64,000 nt of DNA from the human T2T-CHM13v2.0 reference genome, Homo sapiens: NCBI GenBank assembly GCA_009914755.4, contig CP068257.2:6848001-6912000 (forward strand), read 5' to 3'. Below are positions 1 through 16,564 of this stretch, piece after piece; within the stretch, counting starts at the first letter, position 1, and each line of letters opens with the position of its first letter. A program made the translations under genes and the position numbers. Under the pieces are notes generated by a model, which ran no database searches, had not been told where the DNA came from, and was given only the letters and a program-made list of their open reading frames with translations.

Positions 1-3000
1 GAGTGGAATGGAATATAATGGAATGAGTGGAATGGAATGGAATGGAATGGAATGGAGTGGAATGGAATGTAATGGAATGGAATGGAATGGAATCATCACG
101 AATGGAATGGAATGGAATGGAATGGAATGGAACGGAACGAAACGGAATGGAATGGAATGGAATGGAATGAACCCGAATGGAATGGAATGGAATGGATTGG
201 AAAGGAATGGAATGGAATCAACTCGAGTGGAATGGAATGTAATGGAATGGAGTGGAATGGAATGTAATGGAATGTAATGTAATGGAATGGAATGGAATGG
301 AATGGAAGGGAATCATCCCGAATGGAATGGAATGGAATGGAATGGAATAGAATGGAATGGAATCAACGCGAATGGAATGTAATGGAATGGAATGGAATGG
401 AATGGAATTGTACGGAATGACCTGAGCGGAATGATATAGAATGCAATGGAATGGAACGGAATGGAATGGAATAAAATGGAAAGGAATGGAATGGAATCAA
501 CCCGAGTGAAATGGAATGGAATGGAATGGAAAGGAACTGAATCAACCTGAGGGGAATGGAATGGAATGGAATGGAATGGAATGGAATGGAATGGAATCAA
601 CTAGAATGGAGTGGAATAAAATGGAATGGAATGGAATGGAATCAACCCGATTAGAACGGAATGGAATGGAATGGAATGGAATGGAATGGAATGGAATGGA
701 ATCAACCCGAGTGGAATGGAATGGAAAGGAATGGAACTGAACTGAATGGAATGCAATGGAATCAAATGGAATGGAATGGAATGGAATGGAAAGGCATCAA
801 CCCGAGTGGAGTGTAATAAAATGGAATGGAATAGAATGGAATGGAATCAAGCCGAGTGGAATGGAATGGAATGGAATGGAATGGAATGGAATCAACCCGA
901 GTTGAATGGAATGGAATGCAATGGAATCAACTGGAATGGAATGGCATGGATTGGAATGGAACGGAATCAACATGAATCAAATGGAATGGAATGGAATGGA
1001 ATACAATGGAATGGAATGGAATGGAATGGAACGGACGGAATGGAATGGAATGGAATGGAATGGAATGAAGCCGAATGGAATGGAACAGAATAGATTGGAA
1101 TGGAATGGAATAGAATCAACCGGAGTGGAATGGAATGTTATAAAACCGAATGGAATGGAATGGAATTGAATGGAATGTAACGGAATGGAATGGAATGGAA
1201 ACGAATCAACCCGAGTGGAATGGAATGCAATGGAATTTAATGGCATGGAATGGAATGGAATGGTATGGAATAAACCCGAGTGGAATGGTGTGGAATGGAA
1301 TGGAATGGAACGGAATGGAATGGAATAAAATGGAATGGAATGGAATGGAATCAACCCGAGTGAAATGGAAAGGAATGGAATGGAATGGAATGGAATGGAA
1401 TGGAATGGAATGGAATGGAATCTACCGGAGTGGAGTGGAATGGAATGGATTTCAATGGAATGGAATTTAATGGAATGGAATGGAATGGAAAGGAACGGAA
1501 TGGAAAGGAACGGAATGGAATCAACCCGAGTGGAATGGAGTGAAATGGAATGGAATGGAATGGAATGGAATGGAATGCAAAGGAATGGAATGGAATGGAA
1601 TGGAACGAAATGGAATGGAATGGAATGGAATGGAATGAACCCGAATGGAATGGAATGGAATGGAATGGATTGGAATGTAATGGAATGGAATCAACTCGAG
1701 TGGAATGGAATGGAATGGAATGGAGTGGAATGGAATGGAATGGAATGGAGTGGAATGGAATGGAATGGAATGGAACGGAACGGAATGGAATGGAATGGAA
1801 TGGAATCAACCCGAGTGGAATGGAATGGAATGGAATGGAATGGAATGGAATGGAATGGAATCAACCCGAATGGAATGGAATGGAATGGAATGGAATGGAA
1901 TGGAATGGTATGGAATGACCCCAGTGGAATTGTATAGAAAGGAATGGAATGGAACAGAATGGAATGGAATAAAATGGAAAGGATTGGAATGGAACTGACC
2001 CGAGTGAAATGGAATGGAATGGAATGGAATGGAAAGGAAGTGCATCAACCTGCGTGGAATGGAATGGAATGGAATGGAATGGAATGGAATCAACTAGAAT
2101 GGAGTGGATTAAAATGGAATGGAATGGAATGGAACCAACCCGATTAGAAGGGAATGGAATGGAATGGAATGGAATGGAATCAACCCGAGTGAAATGGAAT
2201 GGAATGGAATGGAACTGAACGGAATGGAATGCAATGGAATCAACTGGAATGGAATGGAAAGGAATCAACCAGAGTGGAGTGTAATCAAATGGAATGGAAT
2301 GGAATGGAATGGAATCAACCCGATTGGAACGGAATGGAATGGAATGGAATGGAATGGAATGGAATTTAATGGAATGGAATGTAATGGAATTGAATCAACC
2401 CGAGTTGAATGGAATGGAATGGAGTGGAATGGAATGCAACGGAATGGAATGCAATGGAATCAACTGGAATGGAATGGAATGGATTGGAATGGAACGGAAT
2501 CAACATGAATCAAATGGAATGGAATGGAATGGAATGCAATGGAATGGAACGGAATGGAATTTAAACTACTGGAATGGAATAGAAACGACCCAACTGGAAT
2601 GGAATGCAATGGAATGGAATGGAATGGAATGAAATTCAATCATCACTAGTGGAATGAATGGAATGGAATGGAAAGGAATGGAATTGAATGGAACAGAAAG
2701 TAATGGTATGGAATCAATCCGAGAGGAATGGTATGGAATGGAATGGAGTGGAATGGAATGGAATGGAATAAAATGGAATTGAATGGAATGGATTCAACCC
2801 GAGTGAAATGGAATGGAATGGAATGGAATGGAATGGAATGGAATGGAATGGAATGCAATCAACCCTAGTGGAATGCAATGGAATAGAATGGAAGGGAATG
2901 GAATGGAATGGAATCAACCAGAGTGGAATGGAATGGAATGGAACGGAATCACCCCGAGTGGAATGAAATGGAATATCATGCAATGAAATGGAATGGAATC

Positions 3001-5058
3001 AACACTAGTGGAATGGAATAGAATGGAATGGAATGGAACGGAATGGAAGGCAATGTAATCAACTGGAATGGAATGGAGTGGAATGGAATGGAATGGAATC
3101 AATCCGGGTGGAATGGAATGGAATGTAATGGATTGCAATGGAATGGAATGGAGTGGAATGGAATGGAATGGAATGGCGTTTAATGGAATATACCCGAATG
3201 GAATAGAATGGAATGGAATGGAATGGAATGGAATGGAATGGAATGGAATGGAATCAACCCAAAAGTGATGGAATGGAAAGGAATGGAATCGAATGGAGTC
3301 AAACCAAGTGGAATGGAGTGGAATGAAACGAAGCGGAAGCAACCCGAGTTGAATGGAATGGAAAGGAATGGAATAGAATGGAATGGAATGGAATGGAATG
3401 GAATGGAATGGAATGGAATCAACCGGACTAGAATGGAATGGAATTGAATGGTATGAATGGAATGGAATTGTATGGAATCAACCCTAGTGGAATGGAATGG
3501 AATGGACTGGAATGGAATGGAATGGAATGGAATGGAATGGAACGGAATGGAATGGATTGGAATGGAATGGAAGGGAACGGAACGGAATGGAATGGAATGG
3601 AATGGAATGGAATGAACCTGAATGGAATGGAATGGAATGGAATGGAATGGAATTGAATCAACACAAGTGGAATGGAATGGAATGGAATGGAATTGAATCA
3701 ACACGAGTGGAATGGAATGTAATGGATTGGAGAGCAACTGAATGGAATTTAATCGAATGGATTGGAATGGATTAGAATCAACCCAAATGGAATGGAATGG
3801 AATGGAATGGAATGGAATGGAATGGTATGGAAAGAACCCGAGTGGAATGGTATGGAATGGAATGGTATGGAATCAACCTTAGTGGAATGGTATGGAATTT
3901 TATGGAATGGAATGGAATGGAATTCAATGGAATGGAATGGAAAAAATGGAACGGAATGGAATGGAATCAACCTGAGAGGAATGGAATGGAATGGAATGGA
4001 ATGGAATCGAATGGAATGGAATGGAATGGCATGGAATGGAATCAACCCAAGTGGAATGGAAAGGAATGGAATGGAATGGAATGGAATGGAATGGAATGGA
4101 ATGGAATGGAATTGAATGGAATGGAATGCAATGGAATGCAATGGAATCAACTGGAATGGAATGCAATGGAATGGAATGGGAAGGAACTGAATCAACCTGA
4201 GTGGAATGGAATGGAATGGAATGGAATGGAATGGAAATTAATGGAAAGGAATGGAAAAAACCTGAGGGGAATGGAATGCAATGGAATGGAATGGAATGGA
4301 ATCGAATGGAATTCAACGGAATGGAAACGACCCCGTTGCAGTGCAATGGAATGGATTGAACTGGAATGAAATGGAATGGATTGTAATCAACCCGTATCGA
4401 ATGCAATGGAATGGAATGGAAGGGAATGGAATGGAAAGGAATGGAATAAAATCAAATGGAATGGAATGGAATGGATTGGAATCAACCCGAGTCAAATGCA
4501 ATGGATAGGAATGGAATGGAATGGAATGGAATGGAATGGAATGGAATGGAATGGAATCAATTCGAGTGGAATGGAACTGAAAGGAAGGGAATTGACTGGA
4601 AACGTAACTACCCGAGTGGAGCGGAATGGAATGGAATGTAATAGAATGGAATGAGCCCCAGTGGAATGGAATGCAATGGAATGGAATGGAATGGAATCAA
4701 ACATGAGTGGAATGAAATGGAATGGAATCAACATAAGTGGAATGGATTGGAATGGGACGGAATGGAATGAAATGGAATGGAATGGAATGGAATGGAACGG
4801 AATGGGACGGAATGGAATGAAATGGAATGCAATGAAATGGGACGGAATGGAATGAAATGGAATGGAATGGAATGGAATGGAATGGAATGGAATGGAATGG
4901 AATGGAATAGACTGGAAAGGAAAGTAATGGAATGAAGTGAAATGGAAGGGATTCAACCCGAGCGGAATGGAATGCAATGAAATGGAATGCAATAGAAAGT
5001 AATGGAATGGAATCGATTGGAAACAACCTGAGTGGAATGGAATGGAATGGAATGAAAT
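1..5058 (+). repeat. Human satellite III (HSat3): (GGAAT)n pentamer array with interspersed CAACCCGAGT / CAACCCGAAT decamers
   Basis: GGAATGGAATGG runs continuously on the + strand, interrupted every ~50-100 bp by 'atcaacccgagtgg' / 'aacccgaatgg'. These are the reverse complement of the classic satellite III ATTCGGGTTG decamer. The array ends abruptly at 'ggaatggaatgaaatatcaaagtacc' (~5058). The MEWNG/IPFHS ORF-track peptides are translations of this repeat. Confidence 0.93.
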
Positions 5059-8000
5059 ATCAAAGTACCATAACTAATATTATATACTGTTCATAAAATA
5101 TCAAAGTACCCAAACATATATTATATACTGTACATAAAATAACAAAGTACCCAAACTATATATTACATATAGTACATAAAATATCAAAGTACTAAAAGTA
5201 TATATTATATACTGAATATAAAATAACAAATTACCCAAACTATATATTGTATATTGTATATAAAATAAAAATTACACAAAATATATATTATATAATGTAC
5301 ATAAAATATCAAAGAACCCAAATTACATCTTATATACTGTACATAAAATATCAAAGTACCCAAAATATATATTCTATACTGTACATAAAATATAAAATAC
5401 GAAAAATATATATTCTATACTGTGCATAAAATATCAAAATACACTAAATATATATTATATACTGTACAGAAAATATCAAAGTAACCAAACTATATATTAT
5501 ATACTGTACATAAAATATCAAAGTACCCAAACTATATATTATATACTGTACATATAATATCAAATTACACAAACTATATATTATATACTGAACATAAAGT
5601 ATAAAATTACCCAAACGATATATTATAAACTGTACATAAAATATCAAAGTACACCAAATATATATTCCGTACTCTACATAAAATATTAAAGTACATCAAA
5701 TATATATTCTATACTGTACATCAATTATCAAAGTACATTAAATATATATTCTATAATTTAGATAAAATATAAAAGTACAACAAATATATATTCTATACTG
5801 TATATCAATTTTCAAAGTACATGAAATATATATTATATACTGTCCATAAAATATCAAAGTACACCAAATATATATTCTATCCTGTACATAAAATATCAAA
5901 TTACCCATACGATATATTATATACTGTACATAATATATCAAGGTACCCAAACATTATATTATATACTGTTCATAAAATATGAAAGTACACCAAATATATA
6001 TTCCATACTCTACATAAAATATCAAATTACATCAAATATAAAACCTATACTGTACAAAAAATATCAAAGTACACCAAATATATATTCTATACTGTACATA
6101 AAATATCAAAGTATGCAAAGTATATATCATATAATGTACATAAAATATCAAAGTATCCGAAGTATATATTATGTACTCTACATAAAATATCAATGTACAC
6201 AAATTTTATATTATATACTGTACAAAAAGTCAAAGCACACAAACTATATATTATATACTGTACATAATGTATCAAACTACACAAAATATATATTTTATAC
6301 TGTATATAAACTATCAAATTACCCAAACTATATATTATATACTGTACATAAAATATGAAAGTACACAAATTTTATATTATATACTGTACATAAAGTATCA
6401 AAGTACCCAAACTTTATATTATATACTGTAGATAAAACATCAAAGTACACCAAATATATATTATATACTGTACATAAAATATCAAAGTACCCAAACTATA
6501 TATTATATACTGTACATAAAATATCAAAGTACCCAAAGTATATATTATATACTATACATAAAATATCAAAGTACCCAAACTATATATTATATACTGTACA
6601 TAAAATATCAAAGTAGCAACACTATATATTGCATACTGTACATGAAATATCAAAGTACCCAAAATATATATTATGAACTGTACATAAAATATCAAAAGAC
6701 CCAAAATATATATTATATACTGTATGTAAAATATCAAAATACCAAAAATATATATTATATACTGTACATAAGATATCAAAGTACCAAAAATATATATTAT
6801 ATACTTTACCAAAAACCTCAAAGTATCCAAAATATATATGATATCCTCTACATAAAATATCACACTACTCAAATTATATATTATATACTGTATAAAAAAT
6901 ATCAAAGTACCCAAAATATATATTCTATACTGTACATAATATATCAAAGTACCCAAAGTAGATATAATATACTGTACATAAAATATCATAGTACACCAAA
7001 TATATATTATATACTGTACATAATATATCAAAGTACAACAAATATATATTATATACTGTACATAAAATATCAAAGTACTTAAAACATATATTACATACTG
7101 TCCATAAAATATCAATGTACCCAAAATATATTTTATATACTGTACTTAAAATATCAAAGTATGCAAACGATATATTATACACTGTACATAAGATATCAAT
7201 GTACCCAAACTATGTATTATATACTGTACATAAAATATCAAACTACGCAAAATATATATTATATACTATACATAAAATATCAAAGTTCCCAAAATATATA
7301 TTATATACTGTACATAAAATTTCAAAGTAACCAAAATATATATTAAATACTGCACATAAAATATCAAAGTACAAAAACTGTATATTACACACTATACATA
7401 AAATATCAAAGTACACATACTATATTTTATATACTGTACATAAAATATCAAAGTAGTATAACTATATTTTATATACTGTACATAAAATGCAAAGTACACA
7501 AACTACATATTATATACTGTACATAACATATCAAAGTACCCACAATATATATTATATACTGTACATAAAATATGAATGTACCCAAACTATATATTATATA
7601 ATGTATATAAAATATCAAAGTATCCACACTATATATTGTATGCTGTACATAAAATATCAAACTACCAAACTATATATTATATACTGTACATAAAAAATCA
7701 AACTTCCCAAAATATATATAATATACTGTACGTAAAATATGAAATTACCCATTATATATATTATGTACTGTACGTAAAACTTCAAAGGACCCAAAATATA
7801 TATTATATACGGTACATAAAATATCAAACTACCCCAACTATGTATTCTATACTGTACAAAAAATATCAAAGTTCACCAAATATATATTCTATACTGTACA
7901 TAAAATATCAAAGTACACCAAATTTATATTCAATACTTTACATAAAATATCAAAGTACGCAAAGTATATATTATATAATGTACATAAAATATCAAATTAA

Positions 8001-11000
8001 CTGAAGTATATATTATGTACTGTAGATAAAACATCAATGTACACCAAGTATATATTGTATATTGTACAAAAAATATCAAAGCATACAAAGTATATATTAT
8101 ATACTGTACATAACATATCAAAGTACGCAAAGTATATATTATATACTGTATATAAAATATCAAATTACTCAAACTATATACTATATACTGCACATAAAAT
8201 ATCAAACTGCCGAAACTTTATATTATATACTGTACATAAAATATCAAATTACCCAAACTTTATATTTTATACAGTACATAAAATATTAAAGTACACCAAA
8301 TATATATTATATAGTGTACATAAAATATAGAGGTAAACAAACTATACATTATATACTCTACATAAAATATGAAAGTACAAAACTATATATTATATACTGT
8401 ACATAAAATATCAAAGTACCCACACTACATATTATATACTGCACATAGAATATCAATGTACCCAAACTATATATTATATACTGAACATAAAATATCAAAG
8501 TACCCACACTATATATTATATACTGTACATAAAATATCAAATTACACACAATATATATTATATACTGTACATAAAATATCAAAGTACACAATGTTTATAA
8601 TGTATATTGTACATAAAATATGAAAATACCCTATATATTATATACTGTACATAAATATCAAAGGACCAAATATATATATTATATACTGTACATAAAATAT
8701 CAATCTACAAAAACTACATATTCTATACTCTACATAAAATATCAAAGTACACCAAATATATATTCTATACTGTACATAAAATATCAAAGTACACCAACTA
8801 TATATTATATAATATACATAAAATATCAAAGTACACCAAATATATATTCTATACTGTACAACAAATATCAACATTTCCACACTATATATCTTATACTGTA
8901 CATAAAATATCAAAGCACACAAACTGTATATTATACTCTGTACATAAAATATCAAAATACACAAACTACATATTTTATACTGTACATAAAATATCAAGGT
9001 ACAAAAAATATATATTATATACTGTACATAAAATGTCAAAGGACACAAAATATATATTATAAACTGTACATAAAATATCAAAGGACCCAAAATATATATT
9101 ATATATTATAAACAAAATATCAAAGGACCCAAAATATATATTACATACTGTACATAATATATCAAAGTACCCAAAATACATATTATATACTTAACATAAA
9201 ACATCAAAGGACCCAAAATACATATGATATCCAGTACATAAAATATCACACTACTCAAATTATATATTATATACTGTACATAAAATATCAAACTACACAA
9301 ATTGTATATTTTATACTCTACATAAAATATAAAGGTACCCAAACTATATATTATATACTGTACATAAAATATCAAAGAACACAAACTGTATATTATACAC
9401 TATACATAAAATATCAAAGTACACAAACTACATATTATATACTGTACATAAAATATCAAATTACCAAAAATATATATTTTATACTGTACATAAAATATCA
9501 AAGGAACCAAACTATATATTATAAACTGTAGATAAAATATCAAAGAACCCAAAATATATATTACATACTGTAAACAAAATATCGAAGGACCCAAAATATA
9601 TATTGTATACTGTACATAAGATATCAAAGTACCCAAAACACATATTATATACTTTACATAAAACATCAAAGTACCCAAAATATACAAGATATACTGTACA
9701 TAAAATATCACTCTACTCAAATTATAAATTATATACTGTACATAAAATATGAAAGTACCCAAAATTTATATTACATACTCCACATAAAATATCAAAGTAC
9801 ACAAACTGTATATTATACACTGTACATAAAATATCAAAGTACACAAACTATATTTTATATACTGTACAGAAAATATGAAAGTACCCAAACTATACTTTAT
9901 AACTGTACATAAATATCAAAGTAACCAAACTAAATATTATATACTGTACATAAAATATCAAACTCCTCCAACTATATATTCTATACTGTACATAAAATAT
10001 CAAAGTACAGCAAATATATATTCTATACTGTACATAAAATATCAAAGTACACCAAATATATATTCAATACTGTACATAAATCTCAAAGTATGCAAAGTAT
10101 ATATTATATAATGTACATAAAATATCAAAGTATCCGAAGAATATATTATGAACTCTACATAAAATATCAAAGTCAACAAACTTTATATTATACACGGTAC
10201 ATAAAAAATCAAAATACATCAAATATATAGTATATACTGTACATAACATATCAAAGTACCCCAACTATATATTATATACTGTACATAAAATTTCAAAGTA
10301 CCAAAAATAAATATTATATACAGTACATAAAATATAAAATACCCACACTATATATTATATACTGTACATAAAACATCAAAGTACCCAATATTTTTATTGT
10401 ATACTGTACATAAAATATCAAAGTACCCAAAATATATATTATAAACTGTACATAAAATATCAAAGGACCCAAAATATATATTATATACTGTACATAAAAT
10501 ATAAAATTAACCTAAATATATATTATAAACTGTACATAAGATACCAAAGTACCCAAAATATGTATTATATACCTAAGATAAAACATCAAAGCACCCAAAA
10601 TATATATGATATCCTGAACATAAAATATCACACTACACAAATTATATATTATATAATGTACATAAAATATCAAAGTGCCCAAAATATATGTTATGTACTG
10701 TACATAAAATACCAAAGCACACAAACTGTATATAAAACACTGTACTTAAAATATCAAAGTACACAACTAAATATTGTATACTCTACATAAAATATTAAAG
10801 TACCCAATATATATATTATATACAATACATAAAATATCAAAGGACACAAAATATATATTATAAACTGTATATAAAATTTCAAAGGACCCAAAATATATAT
10901 TATATACTGTACAGAATATATCAAATTACCCAAAATATCTATTATATACTGTACATAAGTTATCAAAGTACCCAAAATATGTATTATGTAGTTTACATAA

Positions 11001-11956
11001 ATCATCAAAGTACCCAAAATATATATGATATCCTATACATAAAATATCACATTATTCCAATTATATATTATATGCTGTACATAAATTATCAAAGAACCCA
11101 AAATTTATATTATATACTGTACATAAAATATCAAAATACACAAACTGTATATTATACACTGTATATAAAATATCAAAGTACACAAGCTACATATTATATA
11201 CTGTACATAAATTATCAATGTACCCAATATATATATTATACACTGTATGTAAAATATCAAAGTACACAAACTCTATATTATACACTGTACATAAAATACC
11301 AAAGTACAAAACTATGTTTTATATACTGTACATGAAATGTGAAAGTACACTAATTATTTTACATACTATACATAAATATCAAAGGACAGAAACTATATAT
11401 TATATACTGTACATAAAATATCAAAGTACCTAAAATATATATTAAATACTGTACATAAAATATCAATGTACACAAACTATATATTACATATCGTACATAA
11501 AATATCAAAGTATGCAAAATATGTAGTATAGACTGTACATAAAATATCAAAGTACCCAGAATATATATTATATACTGTACATAAAATATCAAAGTACACA
11601 AAATATATATTATATAATATACATAAAATATCAAAGTTCCCAGAATATGTATTATATACTGTACATAAAATTACAAAGTAACCAAAATATATATTAAATA
11701 CTGTACATAAAATATCAAAGTACAGAAACTGAATACTATACACAGAACATAATATATCAAAGTACACAGACCATGTTTTACATACTGTACATAAAAAAAC
11801 AAAGAACCCAAACTATATTTTATATACTGTACATAAAATATCAAAGTACCCAAACTATATATTATATACAGTACATAAAATATCAAAGTACCCAAAATAT
11901 ATATTATATACTGTACATAAAATATGAATGTACCCAAACTATATATTACATACTGT
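5059..11956 (+). repeat. Human satellite I 42-bp AT-rich monomer array (HSat1A / SAR-type), ~164 monomers in one orientation
   Basis: Strict 42-bp periodicity of 'acataaaatatcaaagtacccaaactatatattatatactgt' with variants (ttctatactgtaca, caccaaatatat). Composition is A+T-rich (~75-80%). Orientation is constant across the block. This matches the published 17+25-bp organisation of satellite I. The family name is from memory, not a database hit. Confidence 0.8.
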
Positions 11957-13870
11957 ATATAAACATTGAATGCAGCAACACAGGTTCCCCATGAGAAAAA
12001 TGAAACTCAGGGAAAATAAAACCACAAAGGTTTAATCTCTTCTGACTTTTGAGAAACACAACACAGAGAGTGGCCCTTAGGACCAAGAGCAGGAGATCCC
12101 TAATCCCGTCACCAAGGCGATAGGGCACAAACATTGCAGGGTGAGGGCACAATCCACATTGTGAGGTCCAACTGCTGCCGGGAAGAGAGGAGTGTTTTTA
12201 CATATACCCAAAGGTCATTGAAGGCTCAGTGATTTGTTTCAAAAACTGAATCCCAAGCCCACACATTATTATGCTGCGCTTCTTAAAACAAGTTATGAGA
12301 TGGGAAATAGGGCACCCACAAATGTATCTATACATTATGTATATAATAATATATAGAATCATATATATAATATATGTAACTTATATATATATAATATTGT
12401 TTTACATCATGTTCTTATATTATATATATTATATGTAAGGTAATAATTGATAATATATAAGTATTATATTTATACAATATGACATATAATAATTGAATTT
12501 TGTGACATATATAATATATATTATATATGATACATAGAATATATTATATGGTTAATATACGAATTAAATATATAATATGCATAATATATATTACATATAT
12601 TATATCTATGTTATATATAACATACATTATAGATAATATATATATTGTATCTACGTTATATATAATATAAAATAACACAAAATGATATATAAATGTATAT
12701 ATATAATATGACATATAATATACATTATATTTTATGACATATATATAATATATATTATATATTATATATGTAAGACGTTGTATGTATAATGCATATATTA
12801 AATATATATGATATGTCTACGTTATTAATTATATGTAATATATGTTATATATTATATATTTCACATGGAATACACATGTTACCTATAATATATACTATGG
12901 TACCTATAACGTATAATTTATGATATGTAATATACTGTATGTCATATATTATATATAATTCATAATATACAGTATGTGGAATGTGGTATATATGACATAT
13001 AATATATAATATATATAACATACAATATATCATATATAACAAAGAATATATGATACATAATATATATGGTATACAAAATATATATTATGATATATATTAT
13101 ATATGTTTTATATCATATTATATATAACTATTTAAAATTATATATAACTGTATAATAGTATACGTAAATATATAATATAATAAACATGACTATATATTAT
13201 GTTATATATAATTTTATTACATACGTTACATAATATATGATAATATAATGCATATATTATATTATTTTATATTCCATAATATATATTATATATCACATAA
13301 TATATGCTGCATACATAATATTAAAATATATATTATATTATGATATATGAAATATCGTATATATTATGTATCCTATATTGTATAATATACATTATATATT
13401 ATATAACATGAATGTTGTCTATCATATGATATATAAAATTATATATATGATTATATTGTTATACATATAACGATATAAATATGTAATTATATGTATCATT
13501 ATTTATATTATATATTATTATATAATCATTTATAATTATTTATATTATATAAATAATTTTATGATTATATAAATTATAATATATAAATTATACTATGTAA
13601 TAAAAAATATATATATTATATATCATATATGATATAGTATATATGTTATATATCATATTATATATAAATATATGTTATGTTATATACAATTATATATTTT
13701 CATATATAAGATGTATAATATGTATTATCTATTATATATGTTATGTAGTATATATAATGTAAATAAGCTGACACAGGATAAATATTACATATTATGATAT
13801 ATAATATATATGAGGTTATATATTACATATAAAGCATATTACAAAACTTATAATATATATCATGTATAAT

Positions 13871-14163
13871 TTTTTTTTAGACAGAGCCTTGTCCTGTTGC
13901 ACAGCGTGAGGTACAATGGCGCCATCTTTACTCACTGCAACATCTGCCTCACGGGTTCAAGCGATTGTCCTCCCTCAGCCTCCCAGGTAGCTGGGAGTAC
14001 ACCACACTGGGACTACACCAGCTGCCACCATGCCTAGCTAAACTTTTGGATTTTTAGTAGTGACAGCGTTTCACTGTATTGGCCAGGATGGTCTTGATCT
14101 CTTCACCTTGTGATCCCCTTGCCTTGGCCTCCAAATTTCCTGGGATTACAGGCCTGAGCCAAG
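13871..14163 (-). mobile_element. Alu-derived segment embedded in HSat1B unit 2 (antisense, old/diverged)
   Basis: 'ttttttttagacagagccttgtcctgttgcacag...cctcccaggtagctgggagtacacc...cctgggattacaggcctgagccaag' is the reverse complement of an Alu. The same segment recurs once per 2.4-kb unit. Confidence 0.85.
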
Positions 14164-16270
14164 ATACATGTTTTTTAAATGAAAAAGAATTTCAAAGCTA
14201 CTCTGCTTGGGACAAGAATCAAATATATAAACTGAGGAATAAAACATAACCATGAAACATATTTATAACTGCATATGGAAAATACAGAGGATAATTTTTT
14301 AAATAACATATTTTGAAAGCATTAACTAGTAATTTGAAGAGTTGGCATTTGAAAGGCCCGTATGAATATACCTTCAAAGCAGCAACACAGGTTCCCCATG
14401 AGAAAAATCAAACTCAGGGAAAATAAAACCACAAGGGTTCACTCTGTTCTGACCTTTGAAAAACACAGCACAGACAGTGGCCCTTAGGACCAAGAGCAGG
14501 AGATCCCTAATCCCGTCACCACGGCGATAGGGCACAAACATTGCAGGGTGAGGGCACAATCCACATTGTGAGGTCCAGCTGCTGCCGGGAAGACAGGAGT
14601 GCTTTTACATAGACCCAAAGGTCATTGAAGGCTCAGTGTTTTCTTTCAAAAACTGAATCCCAAGCCCACACATTATTATGCTGCGCTTCTTAAAACAAGT
14701 TATGAGATGGGAAATAGGGCACCCACAAATATATCTATACATTATGTATATAATAGTATATAGAATCATATATATAATATATGTAACATATATATATACT
14801 ATTCTTTTACACCCTGCATCTTATATTGTATATATTATATGTAATATAGTAACTGAAAATATATAAGTATAATATTTATACAATATGACATATAATAATT
14901 ATATATTATGACATATATAGTATATATTATATATCATATATAGAATATATTATATGGTTAATATACGTACTAAATATATAATATACATTATATATAATAT
15001 ATATATTATATCTATGTTATATATAACATACATTATAGATAATATATATATTATATCTATGTTATATATAATATCAAATAACATAAAAAATAAAATTGTA
15101 TATATATAAAATGACATATAATATATATTATATTTTATGACATATATAATATATATTATATATTATATATGTAATACGTTGTATGTATAATGCATACATT
15201 AAATATATATGATATGTGTACGTTATTAATTATATGTAATATATGTTATATATTATATATTTTACATGGAATACACATGTTACATATAATATATACTATG
15301 TTACCTATAACGTATAATTTATTATATATAATATACTGTATGTCACATATTATATATAATTCATATTATACAGTATGTGGAATGTGGTATATATGACATG
15401 TAATATATGATATATATAACATACAATATATCATATATAACATACAATATATGATACATAATATATATGGTATACAAAATATATATTATGGTATATATTG
15501 TATATGTTTTATATTATATGATATATAACTATTTAAAATTATATATAACTGTATAATATTATACGTAAATATATAATATAATAAACATGACTATATATTA
15601 TGTTATATATAATTTTATTACATACGTTACATAATATATCATAATATACTGCATATATTATATTATTTTATATTCCATAATATATATTATATATCACATA
15701 ATATATGCTGCATACATAATATTAAAATATATATTATATTATGATATATGAAATATCGTATATATTATGTATCCTATATTGTATAATATACATGACATAT
15801 TATATAACATGTATGTTGTCTATCATATGATATATAAAATTATATATATGATTATATTGTTATACATATAACGATATAAATATGTAATTATATGTATCAT
15901 TATTTATATTATATATTATTATATAATCATTTATAATTATTTATATTATATAAATAATTAAATGATTCTACAAATTATAATATATAAATTATACTATGTA
16001 ATAAAAAATATATATATTATATATCATATATGATATAGTATATATGTTATATATCATATTATATATAAATATATGTTATGTTATATACAATTATATATTT
16101 TCATATATAAGATGTATAATATGTATTATCTATTATATATGTTATGTACTATATGTAATGTAAATAAGCTGACACAGGATAAATATTACATATTATGATA
16201 TATAATATCTATGAGGTTATATATTACATATAAAGCATATTACAAAACATATAATATATATCATGTATAA

Positions 16271-16564
16271 TTTTTTTTTAGACAGAGCCTTGTCCTGTTG
16301 CACAGCGTGGGGTACAATGGCGCCATCTTTACTCACTGCAACATCTGCCTCACGGGTTCAAGCGATTGTCCTCCCTCAGCCTCCCAGGTAGCTGGGAGTA
16401 CACCACACTGGGACTACACCAGCTGCCACCATGCCTAGCTAAATTTTTGGATTTTTAGTAGTGACAGCGTTTCACTGTATTGGCCAGGATGGTCTTGATC
16501 TCTTCACCTTGTGATCCCCTTGCCTTGGCCTCCAAATTTCCTGGGATTACAGGCCTGAGCCAAG
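16271..16564 (-). mobile_element. Alu-derived segment of HSat1B unit 3
   Basis: Same antisense Alu sequence, one period (~2400 bp) after the previous copy. Confidence 0.85.

Noticed and set aside
1-5058. Dense ORFs on both strands encoding MEWNG.../IPFHS... repeat peptides
   Set aside because: These are direct translations of (GGAAT)n / (ATTCC)n satellite III. There are no start-context, codon-usage or length signals of genes. The periodic peptides mirror the DNA repeat.
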